NCBI GenBank assembly: GCA_964543385.1
Contig: CAZIYE010000002.1
Location: forward strand, 96,715 to 128,714
DNA from: an uncultured Candidatus Saccharibacteria bacterium
GTDB taxonomy: Bacteria; Patescibacteriota; UBA1384; XYA2-FULL-43-10; 1-14-0-10-43-13
Direction: 5' to 3'
DNA: 32,000 nt
The notes below the pieces were generated by a model. The model was given only the letters and a program-made list of their open reading frames with translations. It had not been told where the DNA came from and did no database searches. The position numbers and the translations under genes were made by a program. Within the stretch, counting starts at the first letter, position 1. Every line of letters begins with the position of its first letter. Positions 13,741-21,103 of the stretch are shown in pieces.

Positions 13741-14376
13741 ATGGGAGCAATGTTGGTACACGTTTCTGCATTAGAATATCTCTCAGTGCTCGCTCTTCGG
13801 AGATTCTCCGAAGAAGACCTGCGAAGGATTCAAAAAGCAGAGGATTTCGCTACTGAGAAGTTGCAAGGCATATTGCGGCGTGATGGCACACCAGCCATTG
13901 AGCACTCAAGAGCACTTGCACTCAAAGCATGCGAGCTAAAACTGTCAGCAAACGCTATAGCGATTGCCTGGTTGCACGATGTGTTGGAGGACAACCTCAA
14001 TGTCACATCGTGGGACCTGTACTGTTTGTTTGGAGTCGTCCATGGGGCGATCATCACCAACGGCGTAATAGCCTTGACACAATGCGACTGGATGTCTGAC
14101 GAAGTGTACTTCAATAGGATCGAAGTTGCATCCTCAGTCAACTGGGAGATTGTAGTCGTCAAATTAATTGATCGCTGGCATTTCCATTCGGACTTTTACA
14201 ACGGTCCGGAGAAGAAAGAGCTAGCCAAGATTGACCAGACACAGAAGATCTTCCAGCAGACTATCAGAAACTGTGAAGTATTAGTTCCGGAAGATTTCCG
14301 GTCGACATACAATCAGTTGCTGGATGAAGTACTGGAGCTTGCAGAAATCCGGCAAGCTGAACTAATGGCCGCATAG
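13741..14376 (+). CDS. Small alarmone hydrolase-like HD-domain protein (RelA/SpoT hydrolase family)
   Basis: 211 aa. RRDGTPAIEHSRALA...AIAIAWLHDVLEDN...LFG...GVIALTQ and later VVKLIDRWHFH parallel the SpoT/Mesh1 hydrolase pattern (R.sGePy..Hp..VA....AALLHDv.EDT...FG...V.GVtKL...KLADRLHN). GC-richer than the surrounding housekeeping genes. Confidence 0.7.
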   Translation: MGAMLVHVSALEYLSVLALRRFSEEDLRRIQKAEDFATEKLQGILRRDGTPAIEHSRALALKACELKLSANAIAIAWLHDVLEDNLNVTSWDLYCLFGVVHGAIITNGVIALTQCDWMSDEVYFNRIEVASSVNWEIVVVKLIDRWHFHSDFYNGPEKKELAKIDQTQKIFQQTIRNCEVLVPEDFRSTYNQLLDEVLELAEIRQAELMAA

Positions 14377-14451
14377 GCTCTGTCCACGATGGACCGAGCC
14401 TATTGCATTTTTATATTAGAAAAATTAATCAAGTTATGCTATAAAAATAAT

Positions 14452-16623
14452 ATGAAAGAAATTGCAAAAGCCTACGACCATCAACAATTTGAAGAACCCA
14501 TCTATAAGCACTGGGAAGACTCTGGTTATTTTAAGCCTGAAATAAATATGGGCAAAAAGCCAGAATATGACAGAGAAATTGACGGTAAGCCTTTTGTTAT
14601 CTCTATGCCACCGCCGAATGTAACAGGTAAGTTACATGTTGGCCACTCGTTGTTTATTACATTGCAAGATATAATGATCCGATATCATCGCTTGAAAGGC
14701 GAACCAACTCTTTGGCTGCCAGGAACAGATCATGCAGGTATTGCCACTCAAACTGTAGTCGATAAAATGCTTAAGAAACAAGGAATCGACAAGCGAGAGC
14801 TTGGCCGTGAAAAATTCATTGAAGAAGTGTGGAAATGGAAAGAAGAGTACGGAGGTACTATTACTAGACAACTCCGTCGTATGGGCGCTTCTTGTGACTG
14901 GTCAAGAGAGAGATTTACGCTTGATGAAGGCCTTAGTTTCGCTGTTCGTAAAGCCTTTGTTGATCTCTATAAAAAAGAGCTGATATATCAGGGGCTTAGA
15001 GTTGTGAACTGGTGTCCTCGTTGTCGTACAGCTATTGCTGATGATGAAGTCGAATATCAAGAACAGAAATCAAAATTATATTGGATCAAATATGGTCCCT
15101 TTGTATTGGCGACTACTCGTCCTGAAACTAAATTAGGTGATACTGCAGTTGCGGTCAATCCAAAAGATAAAAGATACCTTGATATGGTTGGCAAAAAGTA
15201 TATGATTCCGGGAGTTTTAGGTGAATTTGAGGTCATAGTGGTTGCTGACAATGCGGTTGATCCCGCGTTTGGTAGTGGTGCGGTAAAAGTCACTCCCGCA
15301 CATAGCTTCGCGGACTACGAAATTGCTCAACGTCATAACCTTTCAATGAAGCAGATAATCGATGAAAATGGTCGTATGATGGCTAATACTGGTAAATATG
15401 CCGGAATGAAGACCTCTGAGGCCAGAGAAGCCATAGTGGCGGACATGGACAAGCTGGGATTAATTGATCATGTAGACGAATATGATAACAGTCTTCCGAC
15501 TTGCTATCGTTGTGGAGGAACTATCGAGCCGATTCCATCGAAGCAATGGTTTGTTAAGATGAAAGATCTTGCCAATAGGGCAAAGAAAGTTGTTGAAGAT
15601 GGAAAAATGGATATAATTCCTGATCGTTTCAAAAAGTTGTATATCCAATGGATGGAAAATATTCGCGACTGGTGCGTGTCTCGTCAAATTTGGTGGGGTC
15701 ATCAGATCCCAGTTTGGTATAGGGGTGATGAGATCTATTGCGGCATGGAAGCTCCCGATGGTAAGGATTGGAAACAGGATCAAGATGTGCTCGATACTTG
15801 GTTTTCCTCTGCCTTGTGGCCTTTTTCAACCCTTGGTTGGCCAGGGGAGACAAAGGACTACAACTATTTTTATTCCACAACAGTAATGGAAACTGGTTAT
15901 GATATTTTGCCTTTCTGGGTAGCTAGAATGGCTACTTTTGGTCTCGAATTTACCGGCAAGGTACCTTTTGAAACTGTTTATTTTCACGGCCTAGTTCGCG
16001 ATGAAAAGAATAGGAAAATGAGCAAATCTCTTGGCAATGTTTTAGACCCTCTCGATATTATTCCAAAATATGGCACGGATGCTCTTAGGATGGCGCTTGT
16101 AGTCGGTTCAGCTCCTGGTCAAGATTTAGCAGTAGGGGAGTCAAAGATTAAGGGCTATCGTAATTTCTCTAATAAAATATGGAACGCTTCCCGGTTTGTT
16201 CTGCTGCAAGTTTCAAATGGGGATTTAAGAACCGGTGAAATTGGTGCAGCAAGGTTAGATAGTTTAGACATAAACAAAGCAACTCTAACTAATCAAGACA
16301 AAGCTATACTAAAGGATTTAGAAAATGTTAAAAAGTCCGTCACGGAGAAATTAGACAAGTTCAGATTCTCTCAAGCAGGAGAGGAATTGTATGAATTTTT
16401 CTGGCATACATTTTGTGACATCTATATAGAAAAAGCAAAAGAACAAATTGCAGATGAGAAGTTCAAGGATAATACTAAAAAAATATTGATAAAAATCCTC
16501 TCTGAATCCCTAATCCTTCTTCATCCTTTTGTGCCTTTCGTCACTGAGGCTGTATGGCAGGAGCTTCGGAAGGTATATCCAGATCTCTCCAAATCCATCA
16601 TGATTTCAAGATGGCCTCTATAA
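14452..16623 (+). CDS. valS: Valyl-tRNA synthetase
   Basis: PPPNVTGKLHVGHSL (HIGH motif), GTDHAGIATQ, the WCPRCRTAI editing-domain zinc motif and KMSKSLGNV (KMSKS). I use the ATG at 14452 (MKEIAKAYDHQQFE...), not the track's upstream extension from 14389. Confidence 0.95.
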   Translation: MKEIAKAYDHQQFEEPIYKHWEDSGYFKPEINMGKKPEYDREIDGKPFVISMPPPNVTGKLHVGHSLFITLQDIMIRYHRLKGEPTLWLPGTDHAGIATQTVVDKMLKKQGIDKRELGREKFIEEVWKWKEEYGGTITRQLRRMGASCDWSRERFTLDEGLSFAVRKAFVDLYKKELIYQGLRVVNWCPRCRTAIADDEVEYQEQKSKLYWIKYGPFVLATTRPETKLGDTAVAVNPKDKRYLDMVGKKYMIPGVLGEFEVIVVADNAVDPAFGSGAVKVTPAHSFADYEIAQRHNLSMKQIIDENGRMMANTGKYAGMKTSEAREAIVADMDKLGLIDHVDEYDNSLPTCYRCGGTIEPIPSKQWFVKMKDLANRAKKVVEDGKMDIIPDRFKKLYIQWMENIRDWCVSRQIWWGHQIPVWYRGDEIYCGMEAPDGKDWKQDQDVLDTWFSSALWPFSTLGWPGETKDYNYFYSTTVMETGYDILPFWVARMATFGLEFTGKVPFETVYFHGLVRDEKNRKMSKSLGNVLDPLDIIPKYGTDALRMALVVGSAPGQDLAVGESKIKGYRNFSNKIWNASRFVLLQVSNGDLRTGEIGAARLDSLDINKATLTNQDKAILKDLENVKKSVTEKLDKFRFSQAGEELYEFFWHTFCDIYIEKAKEQIADEKFKDNTKKILIKILSESLILLHPFVPFVTEAVWQELRKVYPDLSKSIMISRWPL

Positions 16624-16909
16624 ACAGTCTTTAGTAGTAGTCAGCTGTTTGTCGATTAAATAATTTCTATTTGGTCTTTTCTATATTGTTTTAGTTGTCA
16701 TATTCTAGGATTATTTTGTTAAATATCATTAATCAACATTATTGCCACAAATGGTTGGATTTTTAGCAAAAACAAGTAGTAAACAGCATAAAAAAGAACA
16801 GATAGCTCAAAAAAGAAGGCAAAGATTTCGAGCTAAGCTTTGGCAGCACAGTAATAAATATGTTGACATGTGGTTTAAAAAAATTAAAAGTTTTTTTAAC
16901 AGGAGATAG

Positions 16910-17413
16910 ATGGCTGGAAGAAGAAAAAAGCAAATAGCAATCGGTACAATCATGGCCCTTATAATTATTCTTGTAGTTGTATTCTTTTATGGAATTAAGG
17001 CAGATAATAGGCAGGATAATCCAGAAATAACAAGTATACGGACTGATAGCTTTGATGAGAAAGTACATAATGTAGAGCCCGACAAAGCGTATTTAAGAAG
17101 TATAGATACAGAAGGGTTTGGTTTAACAAAAAGGATCTATGCAAACGGCAAGTTTATGCATACTGTGAGTGCAAGTTTGCCGCTAGTAGAGGATCCGGAG
17201 TTTTACCAGGGATGGCTTGTTAAGCCTGGCAATGATGTTGATAAAGAAGAATTTATTGCGACAGGAAAACTTATTTATACTGAGAGTGAATTTTTTCTCT
17301 TTTATGAATCGGATCAGGACTTGAAAGATTTCTCAAAAATTATAGTTTCGAAACAGATTCAAAATGATGCTGTTCCTAATAGCTATGTTCTAGTCGGATC
17401 ATTTGCAAACTGA
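16910..17413 (+). CDS. Hypothetical membrane-anchored extracytoplasmic protein
   Basis: 167 aa. A basic N-terminus and one TM helix (IAIGTIMALIIILVVVFFYGI) are followed by a soluble domain. The SD AGGAG lies 6 nt upstream. Confidence 0.6.
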   Translation: MAGRRKKQIAIGTIMALIIILVVVFFYGIKADNRQDNPEITSIRTDSFDEKVHNVEPDKAYLRSIDTEGFGLTKRIYANGKFMHTVSASLPLVEDPEFYQGWLVKPGNDVDKEEFIATGKLIYTESEFFLFYESDQDLKDFSKIIVSKQIQNDAVPNSYVLVGSFAN

Positions 17414-17484
17414 TTTTGACAAAATAGCAGATATCGCCTAATATAAATGTATTAAATTATTTAGGCAAAAACCAAGGAGAGCAT

Positions 17485-17949
17485 ATGAGTAACAATTTAA
17501 AAACTTTTCTATTCATACTTTTAGCAGTTTTCTTAGTTTCTGGAGGGCTTATCTTTATAAGCGCAAAGTCAAAGAAAAGTGCTGATAGCAATACAACTAC
17601 CCAAAGCGAGGACGGCGGAGTAGCTGGTGCGTCGACTCAGGACGAAAAAAGTGAAGGGAAAAAAGATAGCGCTTATATTGAAAAGTTGGCAAAGTTTATG
17701 GCTGAAAAGGGTATGGTCATGTTCGGTGCATATTGGTGCCCGCACTGTGTCGACCAGAAAAAGCTTTTCGGTGATGCCTTCAAATATGTTGACTATGTTG
17801 AGTGCGATGAGAAGGGTCCAAATGCAAATCCAGACGAATGTGTGGCAAATGGAATAGAAGGATACCCAACGTGGGTTTATCAAGGTCAGCAATACGGTGG
17901 CTATAAATCTTTCTCCGAGCTTGCAAAAATAGTAGGATTTAACGAATAG
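17485..17949 (+). CDS. Membrane-anchored thioredoxin-fold protein (CPHC active site; VKOR-partner-type Trx domain)
   Basis: 154 aa. An N-terminal TM helix and a Ser/Thr/Glu-rich linker precede FGAYWCPHCVDQKKLFG, which resembles the Trx-like domain fused to bacterial VKOR homologues. The SD AAGGAG is present. Confidence 0.65.
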   Translation: MSNNLKTFLFILLAVFLVSGGLIFISAKSKKSADSNTTTQSEDGGVAGASTQDEKSEGKKDSAYIEKLAKFMAEKGMVMFGAYWCPHCVDQKKLFGDAFKYVDYVECDEKGPNANPDECVANGIEGYPTWVYQGQQYGGYKSFSELAKIVGFNE

Positions 17950-17970
17950 TATTATAAAGGTCTCTTAAGG

Positions 17971-17998
17971 AATGTCCCAAGAAATTGGGACATTTTTT
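17971..17998 (+). terminator. Rho-independent terminator
   Basis: 9-bp stem aatgtccca (17971..17979) / tgggacatt (17986..17994), a 6-nt loop and a T-run to 17998. Confidence 0.8.
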
Positions 17999-18091
17999 AA
18001 ATAATAGTTCTTGTTATCTGTGCGATGTTGTTATTCGGATTGCAAAAGCAGCGCAATTAATGGTAATTGCTTGGGGATAACCCGTGTTATT

Positions 18092-18117
18092 AATTTAAAA
18101 TTTAAAATTTAAAATTT
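18092..18117. repeat. AT-only 7-nt tandem repeat (aatttaa x ~3.7)
   Basis: Read directly: ttt recurs at 18094, 18101, 18108 and 18115 with period 7. Confidence 0.8.
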
Positions 18118-18293
18118 CAGCAAGTGCGTTTGACAAGATAAAATTAACAGCTTCAGCATTTACTATTTTATATGATTACGGATCGTTAATTATAGATTAT
18201 TTAATTTCGAGCACATATTTGTTGACAGTTGAGCTTAGACACGAATAAAATATTAATTAAGTAATCGATTATAAGGCTATCAATATTTTCTGT

Positions 18294-18340
18294 CTCCTTC
18301 TGTGAGCTGAAAGTAGAGGCGCCAATATATACGGAAGGAG
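18294..18340 (+). promoter_or_regulatory. SD-sequestering helix in the leader of the zinc-ribbon mini-gene
   Basis: ctccttctgt (18294..18303) is complementary to acggaaggag (18331..18340) with one G-U pair. The latter contains the GAAGGAGG Shine-Dalgarno of the 18351 ORF. Confidence 0.45.
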
Positions 18341-18350
18341 GTGAATTAGA

Positions 18351-18494
18351 ATGGAAGCATATTGCGTAAAATGCAAGGCTAAGGTTGAGATCAAAAATCC
18401 TCAATCAATTACTATGAAAAATGGTAAGCCAGCAACATCAGGTGAGTGTCCAGTTTGTGGCACAAAAGTTTTCAGAATTGGCGCTGCTAAATAG
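18351..18494 (+). CDS. 47-aa zinc-ribbon mini-protein (CxxC...CxxC)
   Basis: Below the track cut-off and read by hand: MEAYCVKCKAKVEIKNPQSITMKNGKPATSGECPVCGTKVFRIGAAK. A strong SD GAAGGAGGTG lies 8 nt upstream and a terminator follows. Confidence 0.75.
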   Translation: MEAYCVKCKAKVEIKNPQSITMKNGKPATSGECPVCGTKVFRIGAAK

Positions 18495-18530
18495 TTTTCG
18501 AATAAATTTTTGTTTTTGATAAACGCAAGA

Positions 18531-18557
18531 GTGTCCCCGTACATCGGGGGCATTTTT
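18531..18557 (+). terminator. Rho-independent terminator
   Basis: Stem gtccccg (18533..18539) / cgggggc (18545..18551) with one G-U pair, loop tacat and T5 at 18553..18557. Confidence 0.7.
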
Positions 18558-18603
18558 GTGGAGAATTGAAAAAAGTCGGCAGAAGTATTATATTTTATAT
18601 ATT

Positions 18604-20019
18604 ATGAAAAGATCAGAATTGTTTTTTGCCTTTCTACAAGTGCCCGTTGACGCAGCCATGATGGTGTTCGCTTTTGTCGCCTCCTATTATTTGCGAATGG
18701 GGCTAGAATCAGTACCTGATTTCAACAACATTGGCGTTGATGATTATTTGAGATACGCACTATTTTTGATTCCCGTATGGATACTAATTTTTGCTGCCAA
18801 TGGGCTGTATTCAATAAAAAACACGACTGGTTTTTTGTTTGAGTTATATAGAATAGCCATTGCTACATCTGCAGCTATCTTATTTTTTATCATGATAATT
18901 TTTTTCACCAAGACACTATTCTTTTCTAGATTAATTTTAGGATTCATCTGGATCATCAGCGTTGTAGCTCTCATGACGGGGCGTTTATCATTGAGATTAG
19001 TAAGAAAATATTTGTTAAAAATGGGTTTGGGCGTAAGGAATGTATTAATTATTGGCAATAACATTGTTTCCAAAGAAATCAATTACGAGCTTTCGCGTAC
19101 TTACTCCGGGTTCCATGTTGTCGGTGTTCTAGGAGAAGAGGATCATCTTTCTACGGGTCTTAAAGTTGTCGGTGATCTTGATAATCTTCCGATGATTATC
19201 AAGAAGTATGGGATTGATGAAGTTATTCTAACTGAAAGCAAGATAAGTGAAACTAAAATGATTGATATCATCGAGAGTTGTTATGACCTAAAAGCTGGGT
19301 TTAAATATATTCCAGATGTCTTTGCTCTTATGTCGGCTAATTTTAAACCAGGATTAATAGGGTCTATGCCTGTAATGGAATTAAAATCTATCCCACTAGA
19401 CGGTTGGGGAAGAATTATCAAAAGAATTTTAGACATAGCTCTCGGCCTAATTGCCTTAATTATCCTTTCGCCGTTATTTATAATTATCGCAATAATTATA
19501 AAGCTTTCTTCTAAGGGCCCTGTGATGTATCTGCATCAACGTGTTGGTCGGGATGATAAAGTATTCAATTTTTATAAGTTTCGCTCGATGTATTATGACC
19601 AGTGTGATTTTAAGGGCGGAGTCTATTGGACTACTAAAGAAGATGAAAATACTAGAATAACGCCTGTAGGTAAAATACTACGAAAAACCAATTTGGACGA
19701 ATTGCCACAGCTTTGGAATATAATAAAAGGAGATATGAGCTTTGTCGGTCCAAGGCCAGAGCTACCAAAACTGGTTGAAAAATTTGAAAAAGAAATTCCT
19801 GAATATTTCAGACGACACAAGGTAAAATCAGGACTAACAGGATGGGCTCAAGTGAATGGATTAAAAGGGGATACTTCAATAAAAGATAGGGTAAGATATG
19901 ATATCTATTACATAGAGAACTGGTCTTTGTGGTTAGACTTCAAAATTATTATTAAGACGATATGGCTGGTTATTTATGAAATCTTCAACGGAAAGTTTGA
20001 ATATCGCTCTCGTTCATGA
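18604..20019 (+). CDS. Polyprenyl-phosphate glycosyl-1-phosphate transferase (WbaP/EpsB-type bacterial sugar transferase)
   Basis: Four to five N-terminal TM helices and a central Rossmann-like region precede the C-terminal sugar-transferase signature KRILDIALGL...SSKGPVMYLHQRVGRDDKVFNFYKFRSM...DELPQLWNIIKGDMSFVGPRPE. I prefer the ATG at 18604 over the track's TTG at 18556, which lies in the terminator T-run. Confidence 0.9.
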   Translation: MKRSELFFAFLQVPVDAAMMVFAFVASYYLRMGLESVPDFNNIGVDDYLRYALFLIPVWILIFAANGLYSIKNTTGFLFELYRIAIATSAAILFFIMIIFFTKTLFFSRLILGFIWIISVVALMTGRLSLRLVRKYLLKMGLGVRNVLIIGNNIVSKEINYELSRTYSGFHVVGVLGEEDHLSTGLKVVGDLDNLPMIIKKYGIDEVILTESKISETKMIDIIESCYDLKAGFKYIPDVFALMSANFKPGLIGSMPVMELKSIPLDGWGRIIKRILDIALGLIALIILSPLFIIIAIIIKLSSKGPVMYLHQRVGRDDKVFNFYKFRSMYYDQCDFKGGVYWTTKEDENTRITPVGKILRKTNLDELPQLWNIIKGDMSFVGPRPELPKLVEKFEKEIPEYFRRHKVKSGLTGWAQVNGLKGDTSIKDRVRYDIYYIENWSLWLDFKIIIKTIWLVIYEIFNGKFEYRSRS

Positions 20020-21103
20020 GTGGATTACAAATGTGGCAGGCGCTGAAAGAGTTCTTCTCGCACTAAAAGAGCTTTTTCCTAAAGCACCTATTTATACGGC
20101 GGTGTTCGATCCGGAAAAAGCAAAACCATTCAAAAAATTTGATGTTAGAACATCTTTTTTGCAAAATGTTCCAATGATGAAAAGTAAAAGAGAATTATTA
20201 GTTCCCCTAACGCCGTTTGCTTTTGAACAATTTGACTTATCTGAGTATGATCTTGTTATATCGAGTACCACTGTTGCTGCCAAAGGGATTATAACTAAGC
20301 CAGATACTTTGCATATTTCATATTGTCATACTCCTCCAAGGTATTTATGGGAGCCTGATACCGACCCCAGAGCTCGTAAAGGCAAGTTTAGTTGGCTTCG
20401 TGAGGCTACTATTCACAATATGCGTCTTTGGGATAGAGTAGCGGCTGATCGTGTTGATAAGTTTGTTGCAAATTCTAAATATATAGCAAAGCGTATTAAG
20501 AAATACTACGGCCGGGATGCGGCAGTAATATATCCTGGGGTTGATACTAATAAATTTACTCCTGGGGATATCACTGATGTTAAGGACTACTATCTTTTTG
20601 TCAGCCGTTTAGTCGATTATAAGCGCTGTGATATCGTTGTCGAGGCTTTCAATAAACTCAATATACCCTTAAAAGTCATAGGAAGAGGTCCAGAGAGAGA
20701 AAAATTAATGAAGATAGCTAATGATAATATTGAATTTTTGGGGTATCTTTCTGATGATGATATGAAAAAGTATTACCGCGAGGCTAAAGCATTCATCTTT
20801 GCTGCAGAAGAAGACTTTGGTATCGTTCCCGTGGAGGCTATGGCCTGTGGGCGTCCAGTGATTGCTTTTGGTAAGGGAGGAGCAACAGAATCTGTTGTTG
20901 AAAATGTCACAGGAGTATTTTTTCCAGAACAGACCGCTGCGAGCGTTATCGAGGCTGTAAACAATTTCGACTCTTCCAAATTCAACCCTGACCTAATCAG
21001 AAAACACGCCGAGAAATTTTCAGTCGATAGATTTAAAAAGGAAATTCTTGATTATATAGAAAAAATTATTGAAACTAAAAAAATAGCAAATAAAGGAGAG
21101 TAG
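19976..21103 (+). CDS. Glycosyltransferase, GT-B fold, family 4-like
   Basis: 375 aa. EDFGIVPVEAMACGRPVIAFGKGGATESV is the EX7E-region signature of GT4 enzymes. It overlaps the upstream gene by 44 nt. Confidence 0.85.
   Translation: MKSSTESLNIALVHEWITNVAGAERVLLALKELFPKAPIYTAVFDPEKAKPFKKFDVRTSFLQNVPMMKSKRELLVPLTPFAFEQFDLSEYDLVISSTTVAAKGIITKPDTLHISYCHTPPRYLWEPDTDPRARKGKFSWLREATIHNMRLWDRVAADRVDKFVANSKYIAKRIKKYYGRDAAVIYPGVDTNKFTPGDITDVKDYYLFVSRLVDYKRCDIVVEAFNKLNIPLKVIGRGPEREKLMKIANDNIEFLGYLSDDDMKKYYREAKAFIFAAEEDFGIVPVEAMACGRPVIAFGKGGATESVVENVTGVFFPEQTAASVIEAVNNFDSSKFNPDLIRKHAEKFSVDRFKKEILDYIEKIIETKKIANKGE

Larger units (their letters stand above)
13517..13886 (+). repeat. Right copy of the perfect 370-bp direct repeat
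   Basis: Identical to 9729..10098. It ends at the 49th codon of the intact HD gene. Confidence 0.9.

Noticed and set aside
14389-14451. Extended upstream starts in the ORF track (valS at 14389, sugar transferase TTG at 18556, ANL GTG at 7624, Nudix at 3298)
   Set aside because: The extensions add non-conserved residues and overlap terminators or neighbouring genes. Internal ATGs at 14452, 18604, 7591 and 3268 give N-termini that match the family patterns.
16763-17068. Minus-strand ORF 16763..17068, and similarly 18201..18404
   Set aside because: They overlap the starts of well-supported plus-strand genes (16910 and 18351, both with strong SDs). They encode low-complexity hydrophobic sequence in AT-rich intergenic DNA.
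18092-18117. Tandem aatttaa repeat considered as a possible CRISPR or other array
   Set aside because: The unit is only 7 nt, there are about 3.7 copies, it is pure A/T and it has no spacers. It is simple AT-rich slippage sequence.
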